The notes under the pieces were generated by a model. That model searched no databases, was not told the origin of the DNA, and worked only from the letters and a program-made list of their open reading frames with translations. Source: Novakomyces olei (lineage: Eukaryota). From it: DNA of 64,000 nucleotides. Made by a program: the position numbers and the translations under genes. The stretch spans positions 372,001 through 436,000 of the forward strand of contig JADEYG010000015.1 in NCBI GenBank assembly GCA_016906335.1, written 5' to 3'. Positions 34,068-45,544 of this stretch are shown in pieces. The first letter of the stretch is position 1, and each line of letters begins with the position of its first letter.

Positions 34068-36858
34068 ATGTCGTATTCTGGATCTTTTCGTGGGCGTAAA
34101 CGGCCGCGAAGTATGTGTTTGCTTATGAAGGCTTATTCTGACAATGCTAGATGACAGTTTCGATGGGCACCAGCGCCACTCTCGGCCTGACCCGACTTTT
34201 GCCCTAGTTGGGCGCACACGTAAAGACGTTGTCAATTTTTGTGACCCCGTAAGTTTTTTTGTCGGCATTTTTGACGCTTATGGGCTCTACTGACTTTACT
34301 AGAAAGGCAATCGCACACCCGCTGAAGATATTGATTATCTCGTCAAGCAGATCAGCCAGACTGCTTTTAATAGCGATGCAGCAAATTCCGCTGCTGTGGC
34401 TAACGCAATTATTGCCAGGTACGTGTTGATAATACGATATTATCTCGTCATACTTTTTTATCGATGGCTGTCTGATTTCTTAGTGTTCACGAGACGCCTC
34501 TAAAAATTCCCTTTCTCGCTACCGCCGTAATGGCTGCTCATGCGGAGGGAGCATTGATTGCAAAGGACGTACTTGATCGTTTGCCGGCCCTCTGTGAAAG
34601 AGCCTTACAAGATGGAGATATCTTAAAATTGACGTTTCGTCTGCGCTTTGTCGCTTATATTGGACAAATCGTCGAAGCTAGTCCTTTTTTGAATATTTCC
34701 AACCAGCTCTTACAATTAGCGGGCAATACCAAGTCTCGCCGTGCAGTCTCGGCTATTGTCTATGGTGTTTTAATTAATGTACCACACGCTGTGGTAGCTT
34801 CCAAGGACCCGGAGGTATTGTCTCTTTTTACAGCTCTGCTTGATACAGCAGAAGGCCTAGTGCCTTCCACGACGGCCGCTATCTCTCGATTAGAATCACC
34901 CTGGCTGGAGACTCCGTTTGAAACAGAAGCAAACATTCTACTGCTTTTACCGGCATTACGTCAATTCTTGCAGTCGCCCTCGCCATTCACGTACGACAAA
35001 CTCGAGCGACCTTGGGAGGCATTTGCGGAGAAGACTAAAGGCAGCCAGCCTGTTGTATTTCCTGAAATACATTTGCCGGAGAGCCTTGATGTTAAAACGG
35101 ATATTTTCTCCAGCTCTTACCCTTATTTTGGCTTATATTTCGGCCAGACTGTAGAGGTACGTATCTAATGAAAAGCCACCAAAGCCACCAAGATGGAATA
35201 AAACCACTTGCCATTTCTCTCTCTTTTTCCTGTTTATTTGATTATTCTTTTTTTTTTCTTTAATATTTTTTCTTATTCTTCTTTAATTTAAAAAAAAAAA
35301 AAAAAGAATAAATAAATGAATAAAATCAAAAACTAAGCTTTAAACTTTTAATTTTTAATTTTATAATTTCTAGCCTTTATAATCAATTTTTAAACGTCTT
35401 TATATTAATCCAAAAGACAACGCCCGCTGCCGCAAGCCTTGACTCTCAAATTCTGCGTTCCGCTGTTTTGGAAACACTGAACAGTCTGAATTTCAACAGA
35501 GTCGTTTGTGCTCAGTCCCTGACAGATCTAGATGTGTTTTTCCCCTATGGACTTTTTGCTCTGCGCGGCATGCCGCTGAAAGAGCTGGAGAATGTTGAGT
35601 CTGGATCATCAACGTTAAAACTAGAAGATACTTTTGCTCAAGTTATTTTTGCTGAACTGTTTCGATTGCCGTGCCCTACGTTTTTAGAAGTTTATTATCA
35701 CTCAGTTATTACAGAGGCATGCAAACTTGCTCCCAAGATAATGGCGCCTACCATCGGTCGGGCTATTCGGCATTTTTTCAGTCATGCAGAATCAGCGGAG
35801 CCTGAAGTCATATTCCGATTTGTCGATTGGTTTTCACATCATTTGAGCAACTTCAACTTTACTTGGAAATGGTCCGAATGGCAGGATCAACTGCACTTGG
35901 AATGGGATCATCCAAAGATATGTGTTATTACAAACACTGTTGAAAAAGAGCTTCAGCTGAGTTACCACGGCCGCATTGTGGACAGTCTGCCGGAAGAGTA
36001 TCGCAAGTTTTTAACGGAAGAATCCCCCAGCAGCCATTATCCTTTCGATGACTCGCAGCACAAGTTCTCCGAAATTAGTGGGAAAATTACAGACGCGTTG
36101 AGACTAGAGAAGCCAATGTCCGAGTTTGACAGTATCTTTGAACAGCTAGGCGAACCCGTTTCGCCAGAAGACAAGCGCTCAATTTTCTCTAACAGTATAC
36201 TTAACTTGGGAAGCCGTGTCATGTCGTTTTGCCTGAAAGCGATTGACTTTTATCAGCTAACTCTCCAGAAATATTTCCCCTCTGTGAACGATCAAATTGA
36301 ATTGCTGCACATTGTTGCGTTGTTTTGGCGGGAAATAAAGACAAACGCACAAACGGTCGCTGTGCGCCTTATTGAGCTCGAAATTTTAAGCCCGGAAGCA
36401 GTTGCACGCTGGATTATTGCTCCAGAAAACTACAAATACATGACGTCAGCATTCGCTCTTGATCTGGCGACGTACGCTCTTACGTTTGAACCTTTGGAGC
36501 CAATTGATCATGATAAACTGTCCGCAGAGGCGGCCAGCAGTGATGTAGCTGATGTCAAAGAGGAGAAGGGACCAAAAGAAGCTTTAAATTTACCAGTTTT
36601 TAAACTTTTACTCGCCCAAAAGTCTTGGGAGTCAGATGACAAGTGGTCAGAGTTTTGGTACAGTGGTCTGCAAAGATCTATAGCTCGCAGGGTAAGTTCT
36701 CCATATTGATCATTTAATCTTCTTAAAAATAAAAGGCATTGCCTGTACTAATTTCAATATAGTTTGCGACGGAAATCACAGGGTTGGCGTCTGAACTCGA
36801 AGCCGACAGCGATCCCGTGCTTCTCGAAACTGCTCGTGAAATTTCAGAGTTTCAGTAG
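34068..36858 (+). CDS. STO1: Nuclear cap-binding complex large subunit CBP80 (multi-exon)
   Basis: N-terminal NLS (GRKRPR), PLKIPFLA, VYYHSVITEACK, GRAIR, RFVDWFSHHLSNFNFTWKW and LSYHGRI. Confidence 0.9.
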
Positions 36859-37007
36859 ATCATGTTTGTTACAACGGCAATTCGTTCAAACCAAATACTA
36901 AAAGATTCGCGCTAATTGGGTGAACGGTTCGAATGTTGCAAAAGTGTTTAATTAGTCGTAGACTCTAGTCATATATGACATGATATAATTATATATAAAT
37001 ATCTATC

Positions 37008-37038
<31 letters not shown>

Positions 37039-37072
37039 CTCAAGTTCAAGCTGAGCTTATGTAGACACACAA

Positions 37073-37318
37073 GCTTGTTACCACCGCATGAAGCTTGCTG
37101 GCACATAATTGGTGCTGCAAGAGATTATGATGGCAATGATCGATCTACGAGCCTTTTGCAAGCGAAAGCTCACAAATAATAACGTTTAAAGTGCCCTTAG
37201 TGCATTGATTACACTGAAAACACTTGGTAGCCGGCTCACAATGCAAAAAATCTGCGAGCTTTCACTATATTTATACAACGCTGGTACTTTCGAAGTAACG
37301 TTGCTGCAAAAGGTTCTA
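37073..37318 (-). ncRNA. H/ACA snoRNA predicted to guide pseudouridylation of 25S rRNA U2314 (S. cerevisiae numbering; snR86 site)
   Basis: The 3' hairpin has lower stem UUGCCAUC/GGUGGUA(A), upper stem CUUGC/GCAAG and pocket UAAUC + UUCAUGC, complementary to LSU GCAUGAA-U-G-GAUUA. ACA lies exactly 14 nt from the start of the 3' guide. A 5' branched hairpin is closed by CCUUUUGCA/UGCAAAAGG. Confidence 0.75.
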
Positions 37319-37514
37319 TATATACACGCAAAAGTATATTATATTGTCGCATAATCGCGCCAGTGTATGATGATATAGTTGATAAAGCGTGATAGTGTAA
37401 TAAGAATATCGTCAGAGTAGCATTTAATATAAAAAATAATATAAAATCTTGATACTATCTTGATGCAATTGCAGCTTGCCTTTAAGGTTCGGTATTGAAA
37501 AGCACCACTGCTTC

Positions 37515-39812
37515 ATGTCGTCACGGGCCTTACGGCGAATACAGCGCCAGCAGGCGTATGACCAAGAGCTGCGGCCGCGTAAATTTAGTCACGGTGATTT
37601 AAGCGATGAAAATGGGGATGAGAGCGAAGGGGAAAGTGAAGAGGATACGCCTATTGGCCGCTCAAGGCCAAAGTTGAATGCCTTTCAAATGGTATATTTC
37701 AAATTAAATATATAAGCAAGCTGGATCTGAGCAAGGCTGATTTGATAGTTGCGTGCAGCGCAGGATGATGAAGACGAAAACGAAAACGGAAACGAAGAGG
37801 AAGATGGCGATGAGGAACAGGAAGCAATGCAAGAAACAGACCCATCAGAACCAAAAGCCCATCAAAAGGGAGATGCCAAGTCAGAATATGGCAAGGCACA
37901 ATCTGGTTCTAAACGGAAACCGAAAAAGAAAAAGAGCAGAAAACCTAAACCCGTCAAGGAAGCCGATCAGACTGAGAGTGCAGTTGACGTCAGCGGCAAA
38001 GGCGATGAAGAATTCGAATCAATTCTTCGTAACTACCAGACTGTTCCCGGGAAAAATGGATCCTTTGCAAGCACTGGCAGCAAGCCATCAGGCCCGCCCT
38101 CAAGGGCACACTCTAAAGGTCTGTGGGAGATTGATGTTCGGTACCTGGATCCTGATGCTGAAATGAAACGAATCTTTGGAAGCAAATTCATTAACGGCAA
38201 TCGGAGTGTCCGGGAAGGCCAGCGACGGTTTAATAGGGCTCATGGACCCAGCAGGAGGACTGTTCTGGTAAAGGAAGCTGAAGGCTGGCCGCCTGCTATC
38301 CGCACTGGTCTTGGTATGGTAATTGCAGAAAACAAGAATGGCGTAAATAACTTTCGTTATTCTCATTCTCGTCAGTACCAGGCTGTGGAAATGGAATTTT
38401 TTGCTTGTATTCAGACTTATGACCCCAATAGTTTTGCTGCCCTTTTGCGACTGAACCCGTTCCATGTGGAAACGTGCCTGCAACTGTATCATATAGTAAT
38501 GATGCAGGGTGACCATGAAACTGCTGGTGAGATGATAAACAGGGCACTTTTCGCTCTGGATCAAGGGTTTCATCCCCTTTTCAAACTGTCAGCTGGCAGT
38601 GCCAGTCTGCCTTTCCGGTTCCCCGAGAATCGGCCTTTTTACTTGGCCATCTGGAACCATTTATCAGGGTTAACTAGACGTGGTTGCTTTCGAACTGCTT
38701 TTGAGTTTTGCAAGATTCTGGTGCTCTGCGACGAATCAGATCCGATGGGCGCTTTGCTTATGATTGATTACTTGGCGGCAAGATGTAAGCAAGACGAGTT
38801 TCTGTATCGGCTCTTGGATAAGGGCCATCAGGAGGACATTGATTACGAAATGGTTAAAGGAAACGGGAACACGGATAAAGCTGAAGAGGCAAAAGATGTA
38901 AATGCAGGCGCAAAACAAAATTTAAAACTATCGTTGCCCAATATTTGGTTTACTGCGGCTCTCCTACAATGGCAGCATAACCATTCGAGTACACTTTTAC
39001 AGAAAGCAGCCTCAAAATTCCCATTTTTTTACGGAGAACTAGTGTCTGCGTTGAGCGGGAAAGTCAGGCAAAAGGCGACGGGTGGTAAACTTGACCGGTT
39101 ACTTGCACAATTGTACATTTTGCGGAGCAAAGAACTGTGGGATTCGCCGGAGAGTGTTGAGTTGTTGTGCAGTATTGAACAAGAGCGAATGGAGCAGGAG
39201 AGTAAAGATGCAGTGCAGCCAGAAACTACTGATAATGTTCCAGAGAATGTGGCACGGCATGTTTATATGTTGGAGGAAGCTTCTTTACGGTCTATTATTC
39301 CACGATACTTTCCAGGCACGGACCAGCTGAGCTTTGATCCCTATCCTCCTGCGGATACAGAACCAAGTGCATACTATCAGAGCGTCCTTCACTATGGAGA
39401 GAGCCAGATTGATTTAAGCAGGGCTCAGGGTGATCAGGGCTCTAGTATCGGCAACTGGCTAGGAAGCTTTTTGACAAATGTAGTACAAAGACAGGCTCGT
39501 GAGATTGGAGAAGCAAGGGATACTCCCCTAGATATGCAGCAGATGCATAGAATGCTGGAAGATGCAGCTGACGAAATCGCAGAAAGTGCAAGCGACGAAG
39601 CGCTGAGTGATGATGGAGCAGAACCAGTTACTCGTGCTAGCTGGGTAAGGGCATTGACCAGGATATTCGATATTGCTGGACGTAATCGGGAGGCAGTAGT
39701 CTCTGGACAAGAGGGTACTGCACAGCCAGCTGAATCGCCGATGGGGCAAGACGAATCTGGAACTGAGGCCCCCGAAACTGAGGCTGGAGCTGAGGATTCA
39801 GAGCAAGTTTAA
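37515..39812 (+). CDS. RQC1: Ribosome quality control protein Rqc1/TCF25 (2 exons)
   Basis: Motifs MSSRALRR, LDPDAEMKRIFG, WPP, NPFHVETCLQ, ENRPFY, RRGCFRTAFEFCK and DPMG. Confidence 0.9.
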
Positions 39813-41299
39813 TGGGATGTTTAGATATGTATCATAGACAGAGACGAGCCAGTTCTCTTCAAAGAGTGTATTCGCATTTATAAAGGCATCTTATATATTG
39901 AATAAACATTACAAAATTAATGCTTTTGTGTTTAATTTTATATAATTCATCTAATTTTTATTCACGTTTTATTTCATGTAATTTACTTGTTGCTATTTTC
40001 AAAAGGATCGCCTAAAAAGATCAATAGCATTACTTGACGATATCGTAAAGAGAAAACGGTCGCCTACTTGATTACGTCACTTTTCTTTTTCCCATATTCT
40101 TAACCACTACTGTATTTGGTCATTAATTCGTAAAAAATTTCAAGACTGATTCCCTATCGAATAAACTATTCCGGTTACATAATAATTTGGTAATGAAGCC
40201 TTACAAATTAAAAGTAGGCAGAATAATTTAATTAATTTAATTTAAATGAGCGCGCACACGCCTTTCATGTGAAAAGCGCCGATGGAATTTATCCAGTGCC
40301 AATCTCGTCGCGGACGAGGCCAACGCCCGCGATTAGTAATACACGTGAAAACGCACAAATTAGAGCAAACCGTTTCGCTTATAACTGATAAAAGCAGTAC
40401 GTAAAAGCTACGTATTTCCAGTAATTATACTCTGTCGGAGCTCACTCAGAAAGCATAATGTGTATACTATACAGTTTAGCGATGGGAATAAAAACCATAT
40501 GTAAATTTACATTTGCTGGATTAATCATAAATAAAGCGCAGAGCCAATTTTACACATCAAAGCATACCCAAAGACGGAACAATCGCACGACTAGTGGTGG
40601 TGCGCGTATTCTATTTTAGTTTGCGGTGGCCGCACCGCCCATTCGCATTGTCCATTTTTTTTTATTTTTGTCATTTTCTCTCTAAAATTGCTCACGCACT
40701 GAATTGCCTTGTCGACCGTTTGGAAACGGTGTTTTTGTCAGACCGAAACAGTGGTCACAGTCTTGGCCGCTGGCGTTTGCTCTTTTGATCGCTTAAAGAC
40801 AAAAAGAGTTGCAACTTCCACAGAGAGTAAAGGCTCCTTCGTCTGAGCTGATTAATAGTACAATCGATTGAGCTTGAGCGGTCGCCGACCACAGCAAGTG
40901 CTGCTTTTATCGCACATTGATCTTACTATTATTCTTTTACATTGTTAGCGCTTATTTCTGAGACTGCTCTTCTGTCTGACTACTTGACCCGTCTGGCTGG
41001 ATTGCGTCTGTTTCGCTGTCCAATATTCGAGTCTGCCCGCCGCGACTTTTGGCTTGGTCGATAACTCTTCTATTCCAATTTCTCTCTCTATTCCAGTATC
41101 TCTCGCCAAACCATCGCCCTGGTCGCTCGTCTCTGCCATCGACCAGCATATTAATTCCGTTTCAATCTCTTTTTGCTTTTATCGATTTTGATCGACTATC
41201 GCTGTGCCCCAACTGGTCCGGCAATTGCACTCTATTCTCCCGACTTTACTATTATATTATAGTACTCGATTTTGAGCTAAAGTCGAAAATAGCTTTACA

Positions 41300-43357
41300 A
41301 TGCTCTTTTCTAAAGCACGCACACTCTTCAAGGAGTCCGGCCGCCGCAGCCGGACTCGAGTGCTGTACGGCGGCCTTGCGCTCGTCACCTCTGGATCCGT
41401 TTATTATTATTTAAAAAATAACAATGACAAACAAAATCAGCCCTTCAATTCCCGGCTAATAACACTCGACAGTGGCCGCGAGGACGGCAGCGCTCAAACC
41501 AGCCAGTCGCCTTTGCCCGGCCCGGACACGTCCAAGTTTCGACATGTCCCTACACGGGCAAGCACGCTGGCCGAGCTTAAATTGAAGGGAACTTTATGGG
41601 ATCTGATTATTGTCGGTGGAGGTGCTACTGGAGCCGGTTGTGCTTTGGATGCAGCTTCTCGCGGACTCAAAGTTGCGCTTGTTGAACGTGACGATTTTGC
41701 GAGTGGAACGAGTTCAAGGAGCACTAAACTCGTTCACGGCGGAGTGCGCTACTTGGAAAAGGCAGTTTGGAGCCTGGACTACGATCAGTACAAGCTGGTT
41801 AAGGAGGCGCTTTCAGAAAGACAGACTTTTCTGCATATTGCTCCTTACTTATCCTCACCGCTGCCTATAATGATCCCCGTATACAAATGGTGGCAGGTCC
41901 CTTACTTTTACGTGGGCACTAAATGCTACGATTTTCTGGCAGGCCGAGAAAACTTGCGTGCTTCCTACTTTTTGACTGCGCAAAAGGCGCTCGACGCTTT
42001 CCCCATGCTGAAGAGGGACAAACTTAAAGGGGCCCTTGTTTACTTTGACGGGCAGCACAATGATTCCCGTATGAATGTGGCCATTGCCTGTACTGCCGCC
42101 TTGGAGGGCGCTGCCGTCGCCAACCATGTGGAGGTCGTTGGCCTGGAGAAGGAAGGTGACAGCGAAAAAAACAAAATAAATGGAGTCCAGTTGAGGGATA
42201 CGCTGACAGGGGAAACGTGGTCAATGAAGACAAAAGGCGTAATAAACGCGACTGGTCCCTTTACCGATACGCTCCGTAAAATGGACGACCCCAGCACTAT
42301 GGAAATAGTAGCGCCCTCCTCCGGCGTGCACGTCATCTTCCCCGGGTACTATTCGCCCAAGGAAATGGGCCTGATTGATCCCAATACTTCGGACGGACGA
42401 GTAATATTTTTTCTGCCGTTTTTAAACAACACGATTGCCGGTACTACGGACGCTCCGACGCGTGTGACGGCTAACCCTCTGCCGAAAGAGGAGGAGGTCA
42501 ATTTCATACTTAGTGAAGTACGCAAGTACTTGTCCCCGGACATTAATGTACGCCGGGAAGATGTACTAGCCACGTGGTCCGGTATCCGGCCTCTTGTCCG
42601 AGATCCGGCAGCTGCCAATACCGAGTCGCTTGTCCGTAACCACATGATTAACGTTTCGCCATCAGGACTGCTGACAATTGCCGGCGGCAAATGGACAACG
42701 TACCGGCAAATGGCAGAGGAGACGATTGACAGGGCAATTGCCGAGTTTTCACTCACGCCCAAACGATCAATGCGCTGCCAGACAAAGAGGGTGCAATTGG
42801 TCGGATCGGACCAGTACCGGCCTATGCTGTACATTGCTCTTATTCAGCATTTCGGTATGGACGAGCAGGTGGCCCGGCACTTGGCCACCTCGTACGGGTC
42901 CCGTGCCTGGTCAGTGGCGTCCCTGCTTAAATCCACGGGCTTAAGCTGGCCGCAGCGTGGGATGAGACTAGTGCCGGCTTACCCGTTTGTGGAAGCTGAA
43001 GTTCGGTACTGCGCGCAGAACGAGTATGCCGAGACGGCAGTTGATTTCTTGGCCCGTCGAACGCGTCTGGCCTTTCTAAACGCCGGAGCCGCTCTAGAAG
43101 CCTTGCCTCGCGTTATTGATATAATGGCCGAGGAAAAGAAGTGGGGGTCGAGCCGTAAAGCAGAGGAGTGGTCTGCCAGTGTTCGCTTCTTATTGGCTAT
43201 GGGACTGCCTGCGTCACTGTACAATGTCACGAGGAAACAGGTGGAAAATGGGATACTTGAAACACTTTCCGGTGACAAATCTGTGTCCCTGTACCGTCAA
43301 GCTGATGCGTGCGAAATGCTCTCTGAGTTTGGTCAGAGCCAAGTTAGCGCGGCCTAG
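41300..43357 (+). CDS. GUT2: Mitochondrial FAD-dependent glycerol-3-phosphate dehydrogenase
   Basis: Motifs GGGATGAG, SGTSSRSTKLVHGGVRYL, DGQHNDSR, AGTTD, GIRPL and GGKWTTYR. Confidence 0.97.
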   Translation: MLFSKARTLFKESGRRSRTRVLYGGLALVTSGSVYYYLKNNNDKQNQPFNSRLITLDSGREDGSAQTSQSPLPGPDTSKFRHVPTRASTLAELKLKGTLWDLIIVGGGATGAGCALDAASRGLKVALVERDDFASGTSSRSTKLVHGGVRYLEKAVWSLDYDQYKLVKEALSERQTFLHIAPYLSSPLPIMIPVYKWWQVPYFYVGTKCYDFLAGRENLRASYFLTAQKALDAFPMLKRDKLKGALVYFDGQHNDSRMNVAIACTAALEGAAVANHVEVVGLEKEGDSEKNKINGVQLRDTLTGETWSMKTKGVINATGPFTDTLRKMDDPSTMEIVAPSSGVHVIFPGYYSPKEMGLIDPNTSDGRVIFFLPFLNNTIAGTTDAPTRVTANPLPKEEEVNFILSEVRKYLSPDINVRREDVLATWSGIRPLVRDPAAANTESLVRNHMINVSPSGLLTIAGGKWTTYRQMAEETIDRAIAEFSLTPKRSMRCQTKRVQLVGSDQYRPMLYIALIQHFGMDEQVARHLATSYGSRAWSVASLLKSTGLSWPQRGMRLVPAYPFVEAEVRYCAQNEYAETAVDFLARRTRLAFLNAGAALEALPRVIDIMAEEKKWGSSRKAEEWSASVRFLLAMGLPASLYNVTRKQVENGILETLSGDKSVSLYRQADACEMLSEFGQSQVSAA

Positions 43358-44156
43358 TCGGCGGAGTCTGGAAGCAATACTCTTAAAACCAAAACTAATC
43401 ACTGTCACAGACTGACTATTGCAAAAATGGCGAGATTAGTTATCGGGCAAGATTAGTTGTACTTTGTTTATCTATTTGTCCATCTGAATAAATTCATCCA
43501 CGTTCTAATCGGTTCAGCTACTTCACCTTTTCCCAAAATGAAATATACACTTGGTTTCGCGTCAGTTTTCAATACACACGCAAGTGGTATTCGAATACTG
43601 GAAAAGTATTGAATGTATTGGATAGAGTAGCGATTGCTAATCAAATTATAATAATCATTATTGCTTTTGCTAGCTTTTTGTTTTCTTTTAGTTTATTTTA
43701 ATGAATCGTGTCAAGTTTAATATTCATTAATTTGGCCTTTGTAACCCGACTTGCCCCAGATAGAAAACTTTTCCGTAATTATACATGAGTAGAGAACAAT
43801 TCATCATTGATTGCGAGTTTGTAGCAAGCCATATGGGCATTAGCGGCATCGATTAGATTATTAAAGCGTACTTGATTAGTGGCAATGTGCACGGCCTCTA
43901 CCGTATAGTATAAGTGAGCAAATATTTGAGAGATTGAATATCAGATTAATAACTCGTCATCCCGGTAGACGTTTGTCCACCGCGTAAGTGCTTGACTCTT
44001 TGTATTTTTTTAATCATCACGCTGTCGATCTCTCAAGGAAATGCTTTGTACACAAAACATACTACATTTAAAAGCCCGGTCCGAGTCGAACAGACCGCAA
44101 AGACAGCCCGTGACTTGGATAAGGGAGAAAGAGAGAAAAGTAAAGAATAAAAAAGG

Positions 44157-44708
44157 GGAAACGGCGCAGAGCCAAGAGTAAGCCCCATTGAGTTCCTACC
44201 AGACAGCAGCACCGAAAATGCCACTGCACATTTGGCGGTATCGCAATATCTATCGGCTACGACCAAACGTGTTTTAGAGGACGCAAAAAAATTTGACTTT
44301 TCAAAAGCAACGACACTTTTCAAGCCGTCGACCTGATCTCCAACTCGCCCAGCACCAATGCAACACGGCTCTTATCATCGCCAAAAAGTGCTTCTGCCTC
44401 GAAAAACATCGGCACCCGTAGCAAAGACGCCTTTATATAAGCAAAGAAAGAGAAAAAGCAACGAGCTCAACAGCCGTCAAGTCACAGTCGCCGTCCACAG
44501 GGGACAGCTAAAAGCTCGGATCCAGCCGTGTCATGCTTGCTGAAAAAAATCCTCTAAAACGCCAGGTATTCTACACCGGCGCGGCTACACCTGTGGGCAG
44601 CAACGAATTGCCGTCCGCGTCCGGGGACTTTCCCTGAAGCGAGTTATGGGGCTTATTTGCCCCGTAAGGAAAGCTTCAACTGCGATTCTTTGTTCTGCGC
44701 TCGTCTCC
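44157..44708 (-). ncRNA. NME1: RNase MRP RNA (~550 nt)
   Basis: CR-I GGGAAAGUCCCCGGA (44634-44620) and CR-V ACUCAAUGGGGCUUACUC (44193-44176) form P4. P1 is GGAGACG-GCGCAGA/UCUGCGC-CGUUUCC, P2 is AUCGCA/UGCGAU preceded by CR-IV AUAGAUA, and P3 is UGAAGC..GGGGC/GCCCC..GCUUCA. Confidence 0.9.
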
Positions 44709-45203
44709 AAGGCTTTGTGTAGTAAATTTTTGCGTTATATATGTGCATTTACGATTACTTGTGAAGTCTTTTTTCTGAATTGTACAGTATCGTCACGGGG
44801 CCCGTAATGATAAGGAGAGCACGCACGAGTTTAATGTGTATCAACCTATGAATCAACAGGACGATTAATACTGAGGAGAAAAGGAATAAAGCATCTGATA
44901 AAGATAGGAATCACATGTTAAATGTGCGCATAACGAGTTCAAAGGTACATAAATGACTAGCTTGAAACAACTGCCCTAAACTTGTACGCTGAAAACGTTT
45001 GGTGCATATAATTTTGCCGTCCCAATGTGAACATTTATATACATGTCGGCATTTATATATAAATGCTCTTCAGCACTAAAATTCGCGCACCACAGAAGAA
45101 AGGGGAACGTTTTAATATGAACAAGGATACTCTTCAGAGTGCAGCACGAGATTAATAATGCGCCATATCGAATCGTTAGGCGACTTGTCAACGAGGAATG
45201 TTT

Positions 45204-45525
45204 ACGCGTTCTGTCCCGATTTGATTATTAATACACGAAACGTGTCGCGTACGTATGCATTACTCGCACGTGTGACTATATTACGATTACAAATAAGGCG
45301 AATTAGTCGAAGCTTACTTGTATATACTGAGTATCTCGCGACTCCTCGGGTTAAATTCGCGATACAACGCTAATTATACGCGTCTAGCCCATATATCAAA
45401 AGCATGTAACACGCGTTTCTCATATAAAAAATTATTATATATATATATATCGTATATACACAAACCCAACCCATTCTCGCGACGAGCTACTCACGGCTGC
45501 CGGCCTACCGTCTCTTTTAACGCGT
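45204..45525. promoter_or_regulatory. MCB (ACGCGT) cluster upstream of RNR1
   Basis: Four perfect ACGCGT sites (45204, 45378, 45411, 45520) plus TCGCGT/TCGCGA variants. RNR large-subunit genes are established MBF targets in yeasts. Confidence 0.75.
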
Positions 45526-45544
45526 ATTTCTTTGGCCAGACGCT

